Positions 1 to 12,448 of a DNA stretch of 64,000 bases are shown here, piece by piece (positions within the stretch are counted from its first letter, which is position 1; each line of letters opens with the position of its first letter). A program made the translations under genes and the position numbers. The notes below the pieces were generated by a model. The model was not told the DNA's origin, searched no databases, and saw only the letters and a list, made by a program, of their open reading frames with translations. Source of the stretch: Octopus sinensis (lineage: Eukaryota); NCBI RefSeq assembly GCF_006345805.1, contig NC_043026.1, forward strand, positions 12,937,579 through 13,001,578. The letters run 5' to 3'.

Positions 1-1099
1 CAAGTGTCTTCTACTATAGCCTCGGGCCGACCAAAGCCTTGTGAGTGGATTTGGTAGACGGAAACTGAAAGAAGCCCGTCGTATATATGTATATATATAT
101 GTGTGTGTGTGTGTGTTTGTGCGTCTGTGTTTGTCCCCCTAGCATTGCTTGACAACCGATGCTGGTGTGTTTACGTCCCCGTCACTTTGCGGTTCGGCAA
201 AAAGAGACCGATAGAATAAGTACTGGGCTTACAAAAGAATAAGTCCCGGGGTCGATTTGCTCGATTAAAGGCGTTCCTCCAGCATGGCCGCAGTCAAATG
301 ACTGAAACAAGTAAAAGAGTAAAAAGAGTAAAGAAAGAAACAGCAAAAGATATTTGAAAACGGTGGGGTGAAATTTCCGACTGTTCCACCCCACCCACCC
401 CGTTTTCCAGACCAAACAAGGGGAGGGGGGTTCTGTGGCATATTACGATCTCACTGTAATTCATTCAATGAAAAGAAAAACAACAACATTTCCAGTGTTT
501 CCAAGATGAGGGGGAGGGGTCCGGTTCCTCCCCCCCCCCGAACAAAAATATGGGGTTTGCAGCATATTAGGTGTTCAGAGTACTTGATTTCTTGCAAAAA
601 ATCCGAGGTTTTTTTTTTTTTTCCTGATTGAAAATCGTGTGGGTGTGCTTCCCAAAGGAGTGGGGTGGTGAAATTTCCGAGGATTCCACCCCACCCCACC
701 CCGTTTTCCGGACCAAAATAAGGGGGTTTGTGACATATTAGGCAGCCACCGTAATTCATTCAACGAAAAAAAAAAAAAAATTTCAAATGATTCCGGGAGT
801 GGGGGAACCCCCACCTTTTTTCCGAACAAAAATAAGGTGTTTGCGGCATATTAGGAAAGTCAGAGTACTTGATTCCACGCAAAAATTCCGAGGTTTTTTT
901 TTTTTTTTTTTTTTTTCCTAAGTGAAAATCGCGCGGGTGAAAGAATCGAAATTGACCGAAACAATAAAGTCAGGGGGCGGTGCATATATGTAAGAATACC
1001 GAGTTCAAATCCCGCTGAGGTCGAACTTGCCTTTCGTCCTTTTAAGCGCTGATAAAATAAATACCAGTTGAATGTTGGGGTAGATGTAACCGACTTTTG

Positions 1100-1210
1100 G
1101 CCCTCATGCTTTCCGAAATCCGTCGAAACTACACCTGATTATATATGCACGTTAGATGAGTTGTAGTGCACCTGAGCACTGTACACAATGTTTATTATTA
1201 TTATTATTAT
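1100..1210 (+). mobile_element. CR1/L2-type LINE 3' tail
   Basis: Matches 26190-26280; (ATT)n tail. Confidence 0.8.
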
Positions 1211-1234
1211 TTTCCCTTCTCTGATATTGCTGGC

Positions 1235-1720
1235 GTTGTGTCAAATTCTGAACCCGCAATATTCAGGAACATTTTTCCCAACACCTTTCTCATCCCCGTC
1301 TGTCTCCTCTCTAACGGTATCGATATTATTGAAAACAGTTTGTTTTACAAGTGTACAAGCGATTCACGTTCTCCTTATTATAATTTTCGAGCAATTCTTG
1401 AAGTTGGCAAACGTCTGAGTCAATTAATTACGGTTCAGTTTCTTGTCTTAGATATCACAGACTTCTGTTTGCAAGGGTGGATCAGATGTAACGAAGATAT
1501 AGTCTCTACTTACCAGTAGAATGTTTGATATAAAGTCCAAACAAAAAAGGAAGGAGGCCGAGGAAAGTTCATCGACTGATTTCTTGTTGATTAAAAGCCA
1601 TTTCCCCTTTTTCTGTAAAATAGGGGAAAACCAATTAACGACGTAAAGATGTGATTAAATTAAATAATTAACCAGGAAAGTGACGGAACACCGACCCTCA
1701 AACATGCAGTTGGCCCAGTT
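1235..1720 (-). pseudogene. 5' relic of a family-B zinc-finger gene
   Basis: Colinear with about 54950-55420. ATG reads AAG, the acceptor AG reads AA, there is a +1 frameshift, and the residual frame is TVFNNIDTVREETDGD...NVPEYC. Ends at a LINE tail near 1210. Confidence 0.7.
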
Positions 1721-1831
1721 TTGTACACAAACAGTGAAGTTCTTCTTCCACATAAGATATAACCAGGCGTAACTCAAGGAAACACAAAGATTAGACGATT
1801 TCATTGATAATTTTCCAGAGTGTCAATGAGG

Positions 1832-1868
1832 CCGGTGACACATATTAAAAGTCCCCAACATAATATAA
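1832..1868 (-). promoter_or_regulatory. Conserved family-B upstream motif
   Basis: Reverse complement reads atattatgttggggacttttaatatgtgtcaccgg. Confidence 0.55.
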
Positions 1869-1874
1869 TATTTC

Positions 1875-2380
1875 AGTTTCCGTCTACCAAATCCACTCAC
1901 AAGGCTTTGGTCGGCCCGAGGCTATAGCAGAAGACACTTGCCTAAGATGCCACGCAGTGAGACTGAACCCGGAACCATGTGGTTGGTAAGCAAGCTACTT
2001 ACCACACAGCCACTCCTTTCACCTATATATATATATATATATACGACGGGCTTCTTTCAGTTTCCGTCTACCAAATCCACTCACAAGGCTTTGGTCGGTC
2101 CGAGGCTATAGCAAAAGGCACTTGCTCAAGGTGCCACGTAGTGGGACTGAACCCGGAACCATGCGGTTGGTAAGCAAGCTACTTACCACACAGCCACTCT
2201 TGCACCTATATATATATACGACGGGCTTCTTTCAGTTTCCGTCTACCAAATCCACTCACAAGGCTTTGGTCGGTCCGAGGCTATAGCAGAAGACACTTGC
2301 CCAAGATGCCACGCAGTGGGACTGAACCCGGAACCATGCGGTTGGTAAGCAGGCTACTTACCACACAGCCACTCCTGCGC
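1875..2380 (-). mobile_element. Three tandem SINE-A heads
   Basis: Three blocks of about 165 bp separated by (TA)n. Confidence 0.9.
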
Positions 2381-2689
2381 CTGGTTAATGTTGACATTAC
2401 TAACCCGGAAACGAAATTTAAAAAAAAAAAATTTTTTTAAACAGTGCAAAGGGTGTAAAAAAAAAGGTGTAGGAAACGAATATGAGAATAAAAATTCTGG
2501 GGAAGCAACGGGAAGTATTTCGTTTTATGGAGACACGTGAAAATTCACAAAATCTAATGTTTTTCCTACGTAATTTTGAAAAAAATATAATCCTTTTGAA
2601 ATCACAAATTAGGCTTTAACCTCAAGAACTGAGATGCTAAACATCCCTTTGAAGGGTTCGGGTCCTTATTTCTAGTATAGCTGGCAGAA

Positions 2690-2897
2690 ACGTTAGCACG
2701 CCGGGCGACCTGCGTAGCCGTATTTCGTCTGTCGTTACGTTCCGAGTTCAAATTCCGCCGAGGTCGACTTTGCCTTTCATCCTTTCGGGGTCGATAAATT
2801 AAGTACCAGTTACGCACTGGAGTCGATGTAATCGACTTAATCCCTTTGTCTGTCCTTGTTTGTCCCCTCTGTGTTTAGCCCCTTGTGGGTAGTAAAG

Positions 2898-2900
<3 letters not shown>
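2690..2900 (+). mobile_element. SINE-D
   Basis: B-box-like gagttcaaattcc. Other copies at 1008-1095, 14488-14648, 23487-23690, 48222-48438, 56228-56405 and 60895-60968. Confidence 0.8.
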
Positions 2901-2936
<36 letters not shown>

Positions 2937-3245
2937 GATCTTTTCCTTTTGAACGGCAGATGTCAACACGATTTCTAGTTAACTAAACACTTTTAAATTT
3001 ATTATACTGGTAGAATGTTTTTATCAAACATAATTTTTTCTTGGCTTTATTGAGAAAATTCTATATGTTGTAAGATATTTCGTCTGAAAATCCGAGCATT
3101 TCGGCAATTTTAACCAATCGATTACCTCCATTCAACTAATTATCAATAATAATAAAGGGTAAAATTAATTAATTAACTAGTAATTAGTAATTCCACCAAG
3201 TAATATTCGGCATGTTAAAAGGACCATTTTTCGGTAAACTTAAAC

Positions 3246-3476
3246 AATATTTTATAATTATGAGTATAATTATAATTAGGGTTCAGCAAAAATTTGCTTT
3301 ACTACATACCGAACTTTAGAAATAGCAGCCAAAGAACCTTAGCTATTTCTTCTACTAGTTTCTTATAGTAGAAGAAATAGCTAAGGTTCTTTGGCTGCTA
3401 TTTCTAAAGTTCGGTATGTAGTAAAGCAAATTTTTGCTGAACCCTAATTATAATTATACTCATAATTATAAAATAT

Positions 3477-3477
<1 letters not shown>
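3246..3477. repeat. Perfect 112-bp inverted repeat with 8-nt loop
   Basis: Arms 3246-3357 and 3366-3477; loop gtttctta. Confidence 0.92.
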
Positions 3478-3517
<40 letters not shown>

Positions 3518-3519
3518 AG

Positions 3520-3552
<33 letters not shown>

Positions 3553-4040
3553 TGTGTGTATAGTAAAAGAACTCGAACCCTTCAAAGGGATGTTTAGTAT
3601 CTAAGTTCCTGAGGAAAAGCCTAATTTCTGATTTCAAAAGGATTATATTTTCCTCAAAGTTACGAGGGAAAAACATCGGATCTTGCGAATTTTCCAAAGT
3701 CCTCTCCCCACCCACTCGGAAAAAATTTCCCCCTACAAATTTCTTTATAATCGTAATCTATACCGTTTGAGGATCTTTTCCTTTTGAACGGCAGTTTTTA
3801 ACATAATTTCTAGGTAACTAAACACTTTTAAACTTCGTATACTGGTAGAATGTGTTTATAAAACATCTTTTTCTCTTGGTTTTATTGAGAAAATTAGGAT
3901 CTTTTTCCTTTTGAACGGCAGTTTGTAACATAATTTCTAGGTAACTAAAAAGATCCCCGTTGGAAAGGTATTTATATAAAACTTGATTAAAACAAAAAAC
4001 CTCATTTTCCTAAAAGTTATGAGGGAACATTAGAAAAATA

Positions 4041-4339
4041 CAGGGTGTCCATAAAGTCAGGGTGCAATGCTACAAAATTGCTTTTCATTCTGAAGCTTGA
4101 AAATTAGAACTGAAAATAACTGACGTTATTGAAGGTATTACTGAAAAATCAGCTGGCAGATGTTTCCAAGTGCTGCAGAATCATTTTTCTCTTTGTGTTA
4201 GTAATGATGGTGGACGTATTTAAAATGAACAAGATGAATAAAAAATTTAGGTCATTCATTTTTACAAATTAATTCTATCCTGTATAGTTACGAAGATACA
4301 AGCATTTTCAATTGCACCACGACTTTAATCGACACCCTG
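4041..4339. mobile_element. Tc1/mariner-type MITE
   Basis: ta|cagggtgtccataaagtcagggtgcaat...attgcaccacgactttaatcgacaccctg. Confidence 0.65.
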
Positions 4340-5159
4340 CAGTAAGTTAGGTCCACAGCGTTATTTTAAGGGTCCGTGAAACAGGTTTTCTTCTCTAGCA
4401 TTTTACATAGTCGAACCTTACACAAGAAAGACCATCTATAAAATTAGTCTGAACCCATAAAGAGCTGGGATTTGCATTTACACAGCATGGACAGCTGAGC
4501 GCAGTTTATGAAAATGGGACTACCATGCACAGATAAAAAAAAATAGTTAAAATATCCTCCTAGTTATATAATGATGGCAAGTTTTACATCATCTGAAAAG
4601 CCATTAGTTGAACTATATTAGTCCTCTTGCATTCTAAGGGGTTATCAGAGCGTTTGAGTAACATTAGACCCCCAATAAACACCTATAAATTAAACGCATC
4701 TATCTGGGTCACGATAGTAGCCTGTCGACCTGTGTCTGACAGCCACAATCGTGACCCGTCGTCGCACTTTATCTGTTAAACATCGAATGGCTATGGGAGA
4801 CGACCAGAATAAAATAGCAACCAAAGGGGGTCCATAGACAAAAAAGGGGGGGGAGTGTTGAGAATCACTGTTGGAGAGAAATTTGTGCAAAATGGGTCTG
4901 TGCGCATCTCTCCATAAGTGGAAACATAACAAGGAATCTCCCAAGTGCTGCCAAGTGGTTATCTCCTCTTCGCCAGCAGAAATCGGAAAGGGTGAGGCAG
5001 CCAACTGCGTCATTTATATAATTGGATACTTGAAGTGAGCAGATGTGCACTTACAATAAAGCCATTACACAATAAAGACTGCTTCAATTATATATATATA
5101 CATATATAGATATATATCAAGACGCGACAGAGAATATATTTAGAGCGATGCTTTGAAAA

Positions 5160-5326
5160 CAAACGGGAATTGATGTCTAAAGAAGCAAGAAGCTAAACGA
5201 AGGTTTATGTCGCAGAATCTTTAAAAGTGGACAAGAATCTCCAGAAAATCGCGATCTAAGAACGAAAGAATTTTGATTTGCAGTTTGGTCGACGCCCCGA
5301 TTTACTGTCGAGAAACAGCGGTAAGT
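5160..5326 (+). promoter_or_regulatory. Putative non-coding exon 1 and splice donor of the 7979 gene
   Basis: Homologous to 28255-28649 and 41025-41193; donor cg|gtaagt at 5321. Confidence 0.6.
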
Positions 5327-6349
5327 TGACAAAGATTTACTCTAATAATAATAATAAATCTGTAATAACGTTTGTAAATAATAGAATTGTCATTATGTAG
5401 AAGGGACCCTTCAACGATTCAGTAATTCTATGCAAGTGGAATCACATAAGAACATTAGAAGAAAGATATTTGTTGCTCCAAGTCGTCGTTTTGCAGACTT
5501 TTGCCTACAGAAATAATATTTCCAAACTGAAATGTCGATCTGTTATTTTTGAAAATATCAGCGTTACGTGTGATATATAAAGTAAAGTATATAGATTTGC
5601 TAACTGAAAACGCTTTCATTTTTTTCACACACGGAAATTTATCCTCTTCTCCACATTGTGCTCTGAATTAACTGAATAAACACATTTTAAACAATAACAA
5701 ATCAACAAGATTATTCTAATGATCTTAATAATAACTATTCGTGTTTATAGTTCTAATTATTATATTTGTGGGACAATGAAACGGGAGCTAGATGTCAGGA
5801 TACTTTCCTTTTACCTTTTTTCCTATTTTTTGCCCTGGCTTTTTTCCCCCTTATTTTCTCTTTTCCTTGTCTTTCTTTAATAAAAACCCGTGTAAAGATT
5901 TCCAATTACCCACCGAGGGCAGTCCGACTCCTATTTCAGATTACCCCCTGCACTGTTCTCTTTAATCCGTCTTTAATTTTGCTAAAATAATGTATTCTAT
6001 AACGAAAAATGTCGGATTTAAAAAAAAAACACTTCCGAATCTGTTTTAACAAACGTCATTTCTTTATATGTCAAAATGTAATTCAAAGAAAGAAGGAACT
6101 AGCAAATAAAATCAGAGATGTGGCTGTTATTTCTGACTACTCGGAAGATTTTTAAAAAACATCACGAATCTAATGGGGGAGAAAGGTGCGCCCTTCCTAT
6201 AACAAACAGTCAACATTTAACAGGCAGCGAAGTGGTCACTCTACATGCTAGAAATAACAGCAAATAACTGTCGGGTCAGTCACAGGATCGGGGGTAGGTT
6301 GCATTTGTCAATGTTAATAGATTCTTGCTTCGCCCTTAATTAAAAGACT

Positions 6350-6882
6350 GGCAATCTTTCGTCTCTAGTAGACCTTTCCGTCCATTTCCGTAAAAATTTT
6401 TTTTTTTTTACATATGGACTTGCGGGAACTTTTGAAGTAATGAGAGCGAAAGAGACTAAGAGAAAGCGATTGTATGACGAGGGAAGTTCTTTTGAAGTTA
6501 CCGTGCATGTGAAGCATTGATGTACATGTGTGTGTGTGTGTGTGTTTGATGGGGTGTGGGAGACAGACAGTATGTTGTGTAAGTGAAGTGCTTCTGTTAG
6601 TGTGTGTGAAGAGACAGAGAGAGTAATGTGTGAAAGAGAGAGATAACTGAAATTTTTTACTCGGTGTATGTGTATATGTATGTCTGCATGTATGTGTGTG
6701 TGTATGTATCTATGTATGTGTGTGTATGTATGTATGTATGGCCGATTCAGTGTAATTTTTTACTCGGTGTATGTGTATATGTATGTATATTACTTCAAAA
6801 GTTCCCGCAAGCCCATATGTAAAAAAATATATTTTTTTTTACGGAAATCGACGGAAAGGTCTACTAGAGACGAAAGATCGCC
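6350..6882 (+). mobile_element. MITE-1, long TIRs, 8-bp TSD (Merlin-like)
   Basis: ggcaatctttcgtctctagtag...ctactagagacgaaagatcgcc; TSD aaaagact. Confidence 0.9.
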
Positions 6883-7369
6883 AAAAGACTGAATTTCTCT
6901 GTTGGGATAAAGTGCAGTGGGGTGGGGCTGAATTTTTTTTCTATTTTAACAGTGAAAAGTACATTGGCGGTGGGTGCGGAGCGAAGTGGGTTTGCTAGAG
7001 AGTATTCTTTTTATTGTAGGTCGCATATCTGTCAAAATCAAATCAGATGTTTTATCAGTTTTTTCGGTAATTTCGGTAAAGGTTTTTTTTATTTAAAAAA
7101 AAAATTTTTTTATGTCCTGTTGAAGCCGACATTTACTGTTTCAAGTCCGCGAGCGAACCGAGAAGCGAAAGGCGCATACACACGCACGCACGCACGCACG
7201 CACGCACCACGTACGCACACGCACACACTTTGACATTTCTATCTACGAGTTGAGTGGTGAATCACCAACTCGTACACAATTTGATGATGTCGCTGTGCTT
7301 TACAAAATTTATTGATTTCACACAATGTTATATGATGTAATTTGCTAATATGGAAATGTAGTAATCTAA

Positions 7370-7400
7370 TACTGTTTCTTTATTCTTTCAGATTAACGGT
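7370..7400 (+). promoter_or_regulatory. Conserved family-A splice acceptor
   Basis: tttcag|attaa at 7391; the same context occurs at 30196, 44435 and 25136 (minus strand). Confidence 0.7.
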
Positions 7401-7978
7401 TGACATTTGCACAAAACAACTTTTGTCTATCGGGATACATTACCATTACGATCGTTTAACGTCCGCATTTCCATGCTTGCAAGGGTTCGACTGTTTGACA
7501 CACAGCTTGCACCAGACTCCCGTTGTCTTTTAAGGCATGGTTTCTATGGCTGGATGCCCTTCTTAACGCCAACCACCTACCAGAGTGTACCGACTGCTTT
7601 TTACATACCACCGGCGTATCATCTATTAAACACGAAAGGAAAATGTCTTAAGGAACAGATATAATAACCCTACTGCTATAAATCTAAGGTTGGATTGCTG
7701 TGAAATATTTGCTCTCACCTGAGATTCATAGCAACATTTCTCCATCTCATTACCTGGTGCTTTGGCATTCTAATTAAACTTGAATATATTTGCAAAGGAG
7801 TTTGCAGCATATTTAGACATTGATAAAGATCACAGTTGATAACCACAGAGGTACTTGCGTAAAAACAGACACAGGAAAACTATTGAAATATTGTGATGAA
7901 CAAAGAATAATTTCAAGAGATTAATGTAACAGGGTGAAACAGCGAAAGGATTTGGTTTTGTTTTTATTCCTTGGAGAA

Positions 7979-9517
7979 ATGTCAAAAGATACACAAGAAT
8001 CATCAGACCACTCTGATATCAGTGATAAACCATTCTGTGAAAATGATAATTTAAAAGAGCAAAAATGTAATCCTTCAGAAGGAAAACGATATCATTGTGA
8101 TATCTGTGATAAGCTATTCTCTGGCAGTACTGCTTTAACTACTCACAGACGTATTCATACGGGAGAGAAGCCATTTCACTGTGACATCTGTGGTAAAGCA
8201 TTCTCTGATGGAAGCGCCTTAACTTCTCACAAACGCATCCATACAGGGGAGAAACCGTTTCGCTGTTACATCTGTGGTAAATCATTCTCTAGAAGTAATG
8301 CTTTGACAATTCACAAACGGGTTCATACAGGGGAGAAACCATTTCAGTGTGATATCTGTGGCAGGTCAATGTCCGGAAGTAGCGATCTAATTAAGCACAA
8401 ACGTATTCACACAGGAGAGAAGCCATTTCACTGTGACATCTGTGGTCAGTCATTCTGTTTAAGTAGTGGCTTAACTACTCACAAGCGAATTCATACAGGA
8501 GAGAAGCCATTTGAATGTGATGTCTGTGGTAAATCTTTCTCTCAAAATACTAACTTGAAGAGACACAAATCTATTCATACAGGAAAGAAACCAGTTCAGT
8601 GTGACATCTGTGGTAAACGATTCTTTGACAATTATGGTTTAACAAAGCACAAACGTGTTCATACAGGAGAGAAACCCTACTGCTGTGATATCTGTGGTAA
8701 ATCATTCTCTGTAAGTTGTGCCTTGATTAAACACAAACGAATTCATACGGGAGAGAAACCATACCGCTGTGATATCTGTGGTAAAGCATTCACTGCAAGT
8801 GGTGGTTTAAGAATTCACAAACGCCTCCATACGGGTGAGAAGCCATTTCAATGTGACATCTGTGGCAAATCATTATCACGACTCGATAAGTTAAATTCAC
8901 ACAAACTTATTCATACACGAGAGAAACAATATCAATGTGATATTTGCAGTAAATCATTCTCAAAAAGTAGTAAATTAACAAAACACAAGCATATTCATAC
9001 AGGAGAGGAGCAATTTCACTGTAATATTTGTGGTAAATCATTCTGTAAAAAAACTGCCTTAACTATTCACAGACGTATTCATACTGGAGAGAAGCCACAT
9101 CACTGTGATATCTGTGGTAAATCATTCTCTCAAGTAGGTAACTTGACTTCTCACAAGCGTATTCATACGGGAGAGAAGCCATTTCATTGTGATATTTGTG
9201 GCAAATCATTCACTCAAAGCAGTGAATTAACTAGACACACACGAACTCATACAGGAGAGAAACCGTACCGCTGTGAAATCTGTGGTCAATTATTCTCAGA
9301 ATGTACTAACTTAACTAAACACAAACGTACTCATACAGGAGAGAAGCCACATCATTGTGTTATATGTGGTAAATCATTCCCTGAAAAAGCTGCCTTAAGA
9401 AAACACCACCGTGTACATACTGGAGAGAAACCATTTCACTGTGGTATTTGTGGTAAATCATTCTCTATAAATAGTCAATTAACTAAACACAAAACTGTTC
9501 ATAAAGTAGAGAAATGA
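7979..9517 (+). CDS. C2H2 zinc-finger protein, 17 tandem fingers, family A
   Basis: ORF 7934-9517 (GTG); first ATG at 7979. 17 CxxC-x12-HxxxH units joined by TGEKP-type linkers, after a leader of about 39 aa. Confidence 0.92.
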   Translation: MSKDTQESSDHSDISDKPFCENDNLKEQKCNPSEGKRYHCDICDKLFSGSTALTTHRRIHTGEKPFHCDICGKAFSDGSALTSHKRIHTGEKPFRCYICGKSFSRSNALTIHKRVHTGEKPFQCDICGRSMSGSSDLIKHKRIHTGEKPFHCDICGQSFCLSSGLTTHKRIHTGEKPFECDVCGKSFSQNTNLKRHKSIHTGKKPVQCDICGKRFFDNYGLTKHKRVHTGEKPYCCDICGKSFSVSCALIKHKRIHTGEKPYRCDICGKAFTASGGLRIHKRLHTGEKPFQCDICGKSLSRLDKLNSHKLIHTREKQYQCDICSKSFSKSSKLTKHKHIHTGEEQFHCNICGKSFCKKTALTIHRRIHTGEKPHHCDICGKSFSQVGNLTSHKRIHTGEKPFHCDICGKSFTQSSELTRHTRTHTGEKPYRCEICGQLFSECTNLTKHKRTHTGEKPHHCVICGKSFPEKAALRKHHRVHTGEKPFHCGICGKSFSINSQLTKHKTVHKVEK

Positions 9518-9749
9518 TTTAACTCTGACATTTTCTGTAGAAAGTTACTTCACAAAACATCAACATAGTCATTCAGGAGAGAAACCACATCACTTTGATA
9601 TTTGTGACTAATCATTCTCTATAAGAAGTAACTTGAATCACAAACATGGTCATACAAGAAAATAGCCATCTCACTGCCACATGTGTACTAAATCATTCTC
9701 TCACAAACTCCACTCAACTAAACATGTATCTATCCATACAAAAGTATGA
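9518..9749 (+). pseudogene. Fossil zinc fingers in the 3'UTR of the 7979 gene
   Basis: One shifted frame reads HSGEKPHHFDICD*SFSIRSNLNHKHGHTRK*PSHCHMCTKSFSHKLHSTKHVSIHTKV*. Confidence 0.75.
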
Positions 9750-10579
9750 CTTTATCATTGTGAAATTTCTTTACAACAAACAAGGAACACTTTCAAATGA
9801 TATTTCCCTGCTAAACCATGGATTATCTTTGTGGACTTTACAATAATCCATGAACCTTTGGCAATAATTATATCCCTCATGGTTGTTTGTTTGAGGAGTT
9901 GTTTTACAGCCAGAAGCCCTTCCTTATGCCACCCCTTTTAGTAACCTTTTATGTGGGACATAAAAGGTTACTTGGACACAAGCTGCTTGTTAAAATTCAT
10001 TCTGTTTCAGAAATAACTTGTATAACCATAAATGTATTCCCCGTGGGAAAGAAGATACGAGCAGTGTGATAACAAGCTGCAGTCACGATATTTTATATCA
10101 CCACAGTTATATCAACATTGGTGAGATAACATATTATTGTGATATTTTGAATAAAAATCATTCTCATAAATATCCAATATAAAACATTTCCAGGATTTTG
10201 GAAAGATATTGTGGGTAAATAAGTGAGAAATATATTCTCAGAGATGTGTAATAATATCACTGTATCATTTGTTAAGATATCAATAAAGCATAAAACATAA
10301 TATTTCATCATAGCATAAGAGGATATATGCAAATGTCTTCTACTATAGCCTTGGGCTTGTGAGTGGATTTGATAGATGGAAACTGAAAGAAGCCCGTTGT
10401 ATATATATATATATATATGCGTGTGTGTGTTTGTGTGTCTGTGTTTGTCCCCCTAGCATTGCTTGACAACCGATGCTGCTGTGTTTATGTTTCCGTTACT
10501 TAGGTGACTGGTACAGCCTTCTGGCTTGCCAGTCCTCAGTCAAACTGCCCAACCCATGCCAGCATGGAAAGCAGACGTT

Positions 10580-10750
10580 AAATGATGATGATGATGATGA
10601 TAATGATGGTCGTGGTGGTGGTGGTGGTGGTGACCGTTTCATTGTTGACCCCAGTTTTAGCAGTGGTGGTGCTGATTATAATAGTGATGATGATGATGGT
10701 GATGGTGGTAATGATGAATGAGTTTGTTGTTGTTGTTGGTGGTGGTGGTG
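10580..10750. repeat. (GAT)n/(GGT)n low-complexity tract
   Basis: Direct reading of the sequence. Confidence 0.9.
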
Positions 10751-10761
10751 CTTTTATTGCT

Positions 10762-11156
10762 GTGGAGGCACAATGGCCCAGTGGTTAGGGCAGCGGACTC
10801 GCGGTCATAGGATCGTGGTTTCGATTCCCAAACTGGGCGTTGTGAGTGTTTATTGAGCGAAAACACCTAAAAGCTCCACGAGGCTCCGGCAGGGATGGTG
10901 GTGATCCCTGCTGTACTCTTTCACCACAACTTTTTCTCTCACTCTTACTTCCTGTTTCTGTTGTACCTGTATTTCAAGGGGCCGGCCTTATCACTCTCTG
11001 TGTCACGCCGAATATCCCCGAGAACTACGTTCAGGGTACACGTGTCTGTGGAGTGCTCAGCCACTTACACGTTAATTTCACGAGCAGGCTGTTCTGTTGA
11101 TTCGGATCAACCGGAACCCTCTTCGTCGTAACCGACGGAGTGCTTCCATCCATCCA
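10762..11156 (+). mobile_element. SINE-B, tail type a
   Basis: A box tggcccagtgg, B box ggtttcgattccc; TSD gcttttattgct. Confidence 0.9.
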
Positions 11157-11515
11157 GCTTTTATTGCTGGTCCCAGTTTTGGCAGTGGTGATGCTGATAC
11201 TAGTACATGTGTCTCCTGGTCAGGGATTGGAATATCCCTGGTGTTGGCTGGCATCAGTCACCCTTAAAGAATTCTCTGTTATTGGTAGAAGACATCTCCA
11301 GTTACTTTGATCTAAATTCTGGCCTCTTTTACTCCTTTAGTTGTTTCAGTCATTTGACTGCGGCCATGCTGGAGCACCGCCTTTTAGTCGAGCAAATCGA
11401 CCCCGGGACTTATTCTTTGTAAGCCCAGTACCTACTCTATCGGTCTCTATCGGTCTCTAAGTGACGGGGACGTAAACACACCAGCATAGGCTGTCAAGCA
11501 ATGCTAGGGGGGCAA

Positions 11516-11547
<32 letters not shown>

Positions 11548-12239
11548 GTATACATATATACGACAGGCTTCTTTCAGTTTCCGTCTACCAAATCCACTCA
11601 CAAGGCATTGTTCGGCCCGGGGCTATAGCAGAAGACACTTGCCCAAGGTGCCACGCAGTGGGACTGAACCCGGAACCATGTGGTTGGTTAGCAAGCTACT
11701 TACCACACAGCCACTCCTGCGCCTGTTCATCTTTTTTAGGCCTCTTACCCTTAGTTGCCAACACAACCATCACCACCGTCATCATCATCATTATAATCTT
11801 TATCACAACCAACACTATGACCACCATCAATGACATTCTGTCAGAGCTTTGGGCTGACAATCTTGAGTTAGTGAGTTCGATTCCCAGACCGGGCTGCGTG
11901 TTGTGTTCTTGAGCAAGACCCTTTATTTCCCGTTGCTCCCAGTTCACTCAGCTGTAGAAATAAGTTATGATGTCACTGGTGCCAAGCTGTATCGGCCCCT
12001 TTGCCTTTCCCTTGGGTAACATCATGGGATGGAGAAGGGAGGCTGGTTCGCATGGGCGACTGATGGTCTTCTACAAACAACCTTGTCCGGACTTGTGCCT
12101 TAGAGGCGAACTTTCTGGGGCAACCCCATGGTCATTCATGATCGAAGTGGGTGGGGGTGGGGCTTTACATTTTACCCCTTTATACACACACACACACACA
12201 CACATAAAGTAGTAGAAAATATGGATAGAGAGATGGATA

Positions 12240-12401
12240 GGCGCAGGAGTGGCTGTGTGGTAAGTAGCTTGCTTACCAACCACATGGTTCCGGGTTCAGT
12301 CCCACTGCGCGGCATCTTGGGCAGGTGTCTTCTGCTATAACCCCGGGCCGACCAAAGCCTTGTGAGTGAATTTGTTAGACGGAAACTGAAAGAAGCCCGT
12401 C

Positions 12402-12448
<47 letters not shown>

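Noticed and set aside
340-940. Two G/C-homopolymer-rich units of about 300 bp as a novel repeat
   Set aside because: Irregular homopolymer runs suggest low-quality long-read consensus; not interpretable without reads.
7979-8095. KRAB, SCAN, BTB or ZAD domain in the ZNF leaders; gene symbols
   Set aside because: The leaders are too short and lack the motifs; lineage-specific paralogs cannot be given vertebrate symbols.
9515-9570. Stop-codon readthrough or selenocysteine at the TGA of the 7979 gene
   Set aside because: An in-frame TAG follows within 17 codons, and the fossil fingers are frameshifted and contain further stops.
9646-9846. Identical 66-aa ORFs at 9646 and 33558 as a conserved microprotein
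   Set aside because: Alternative frame of fossil fingers within a recently duplicated UTR; the identity reflects DNA identity.
10762-10840. tRNA genes at A-box/B-box sites
   Set aside because: All continue into SINE bodies with tails or TSDs and lack a paired acceptor stem; they are SINE heads.
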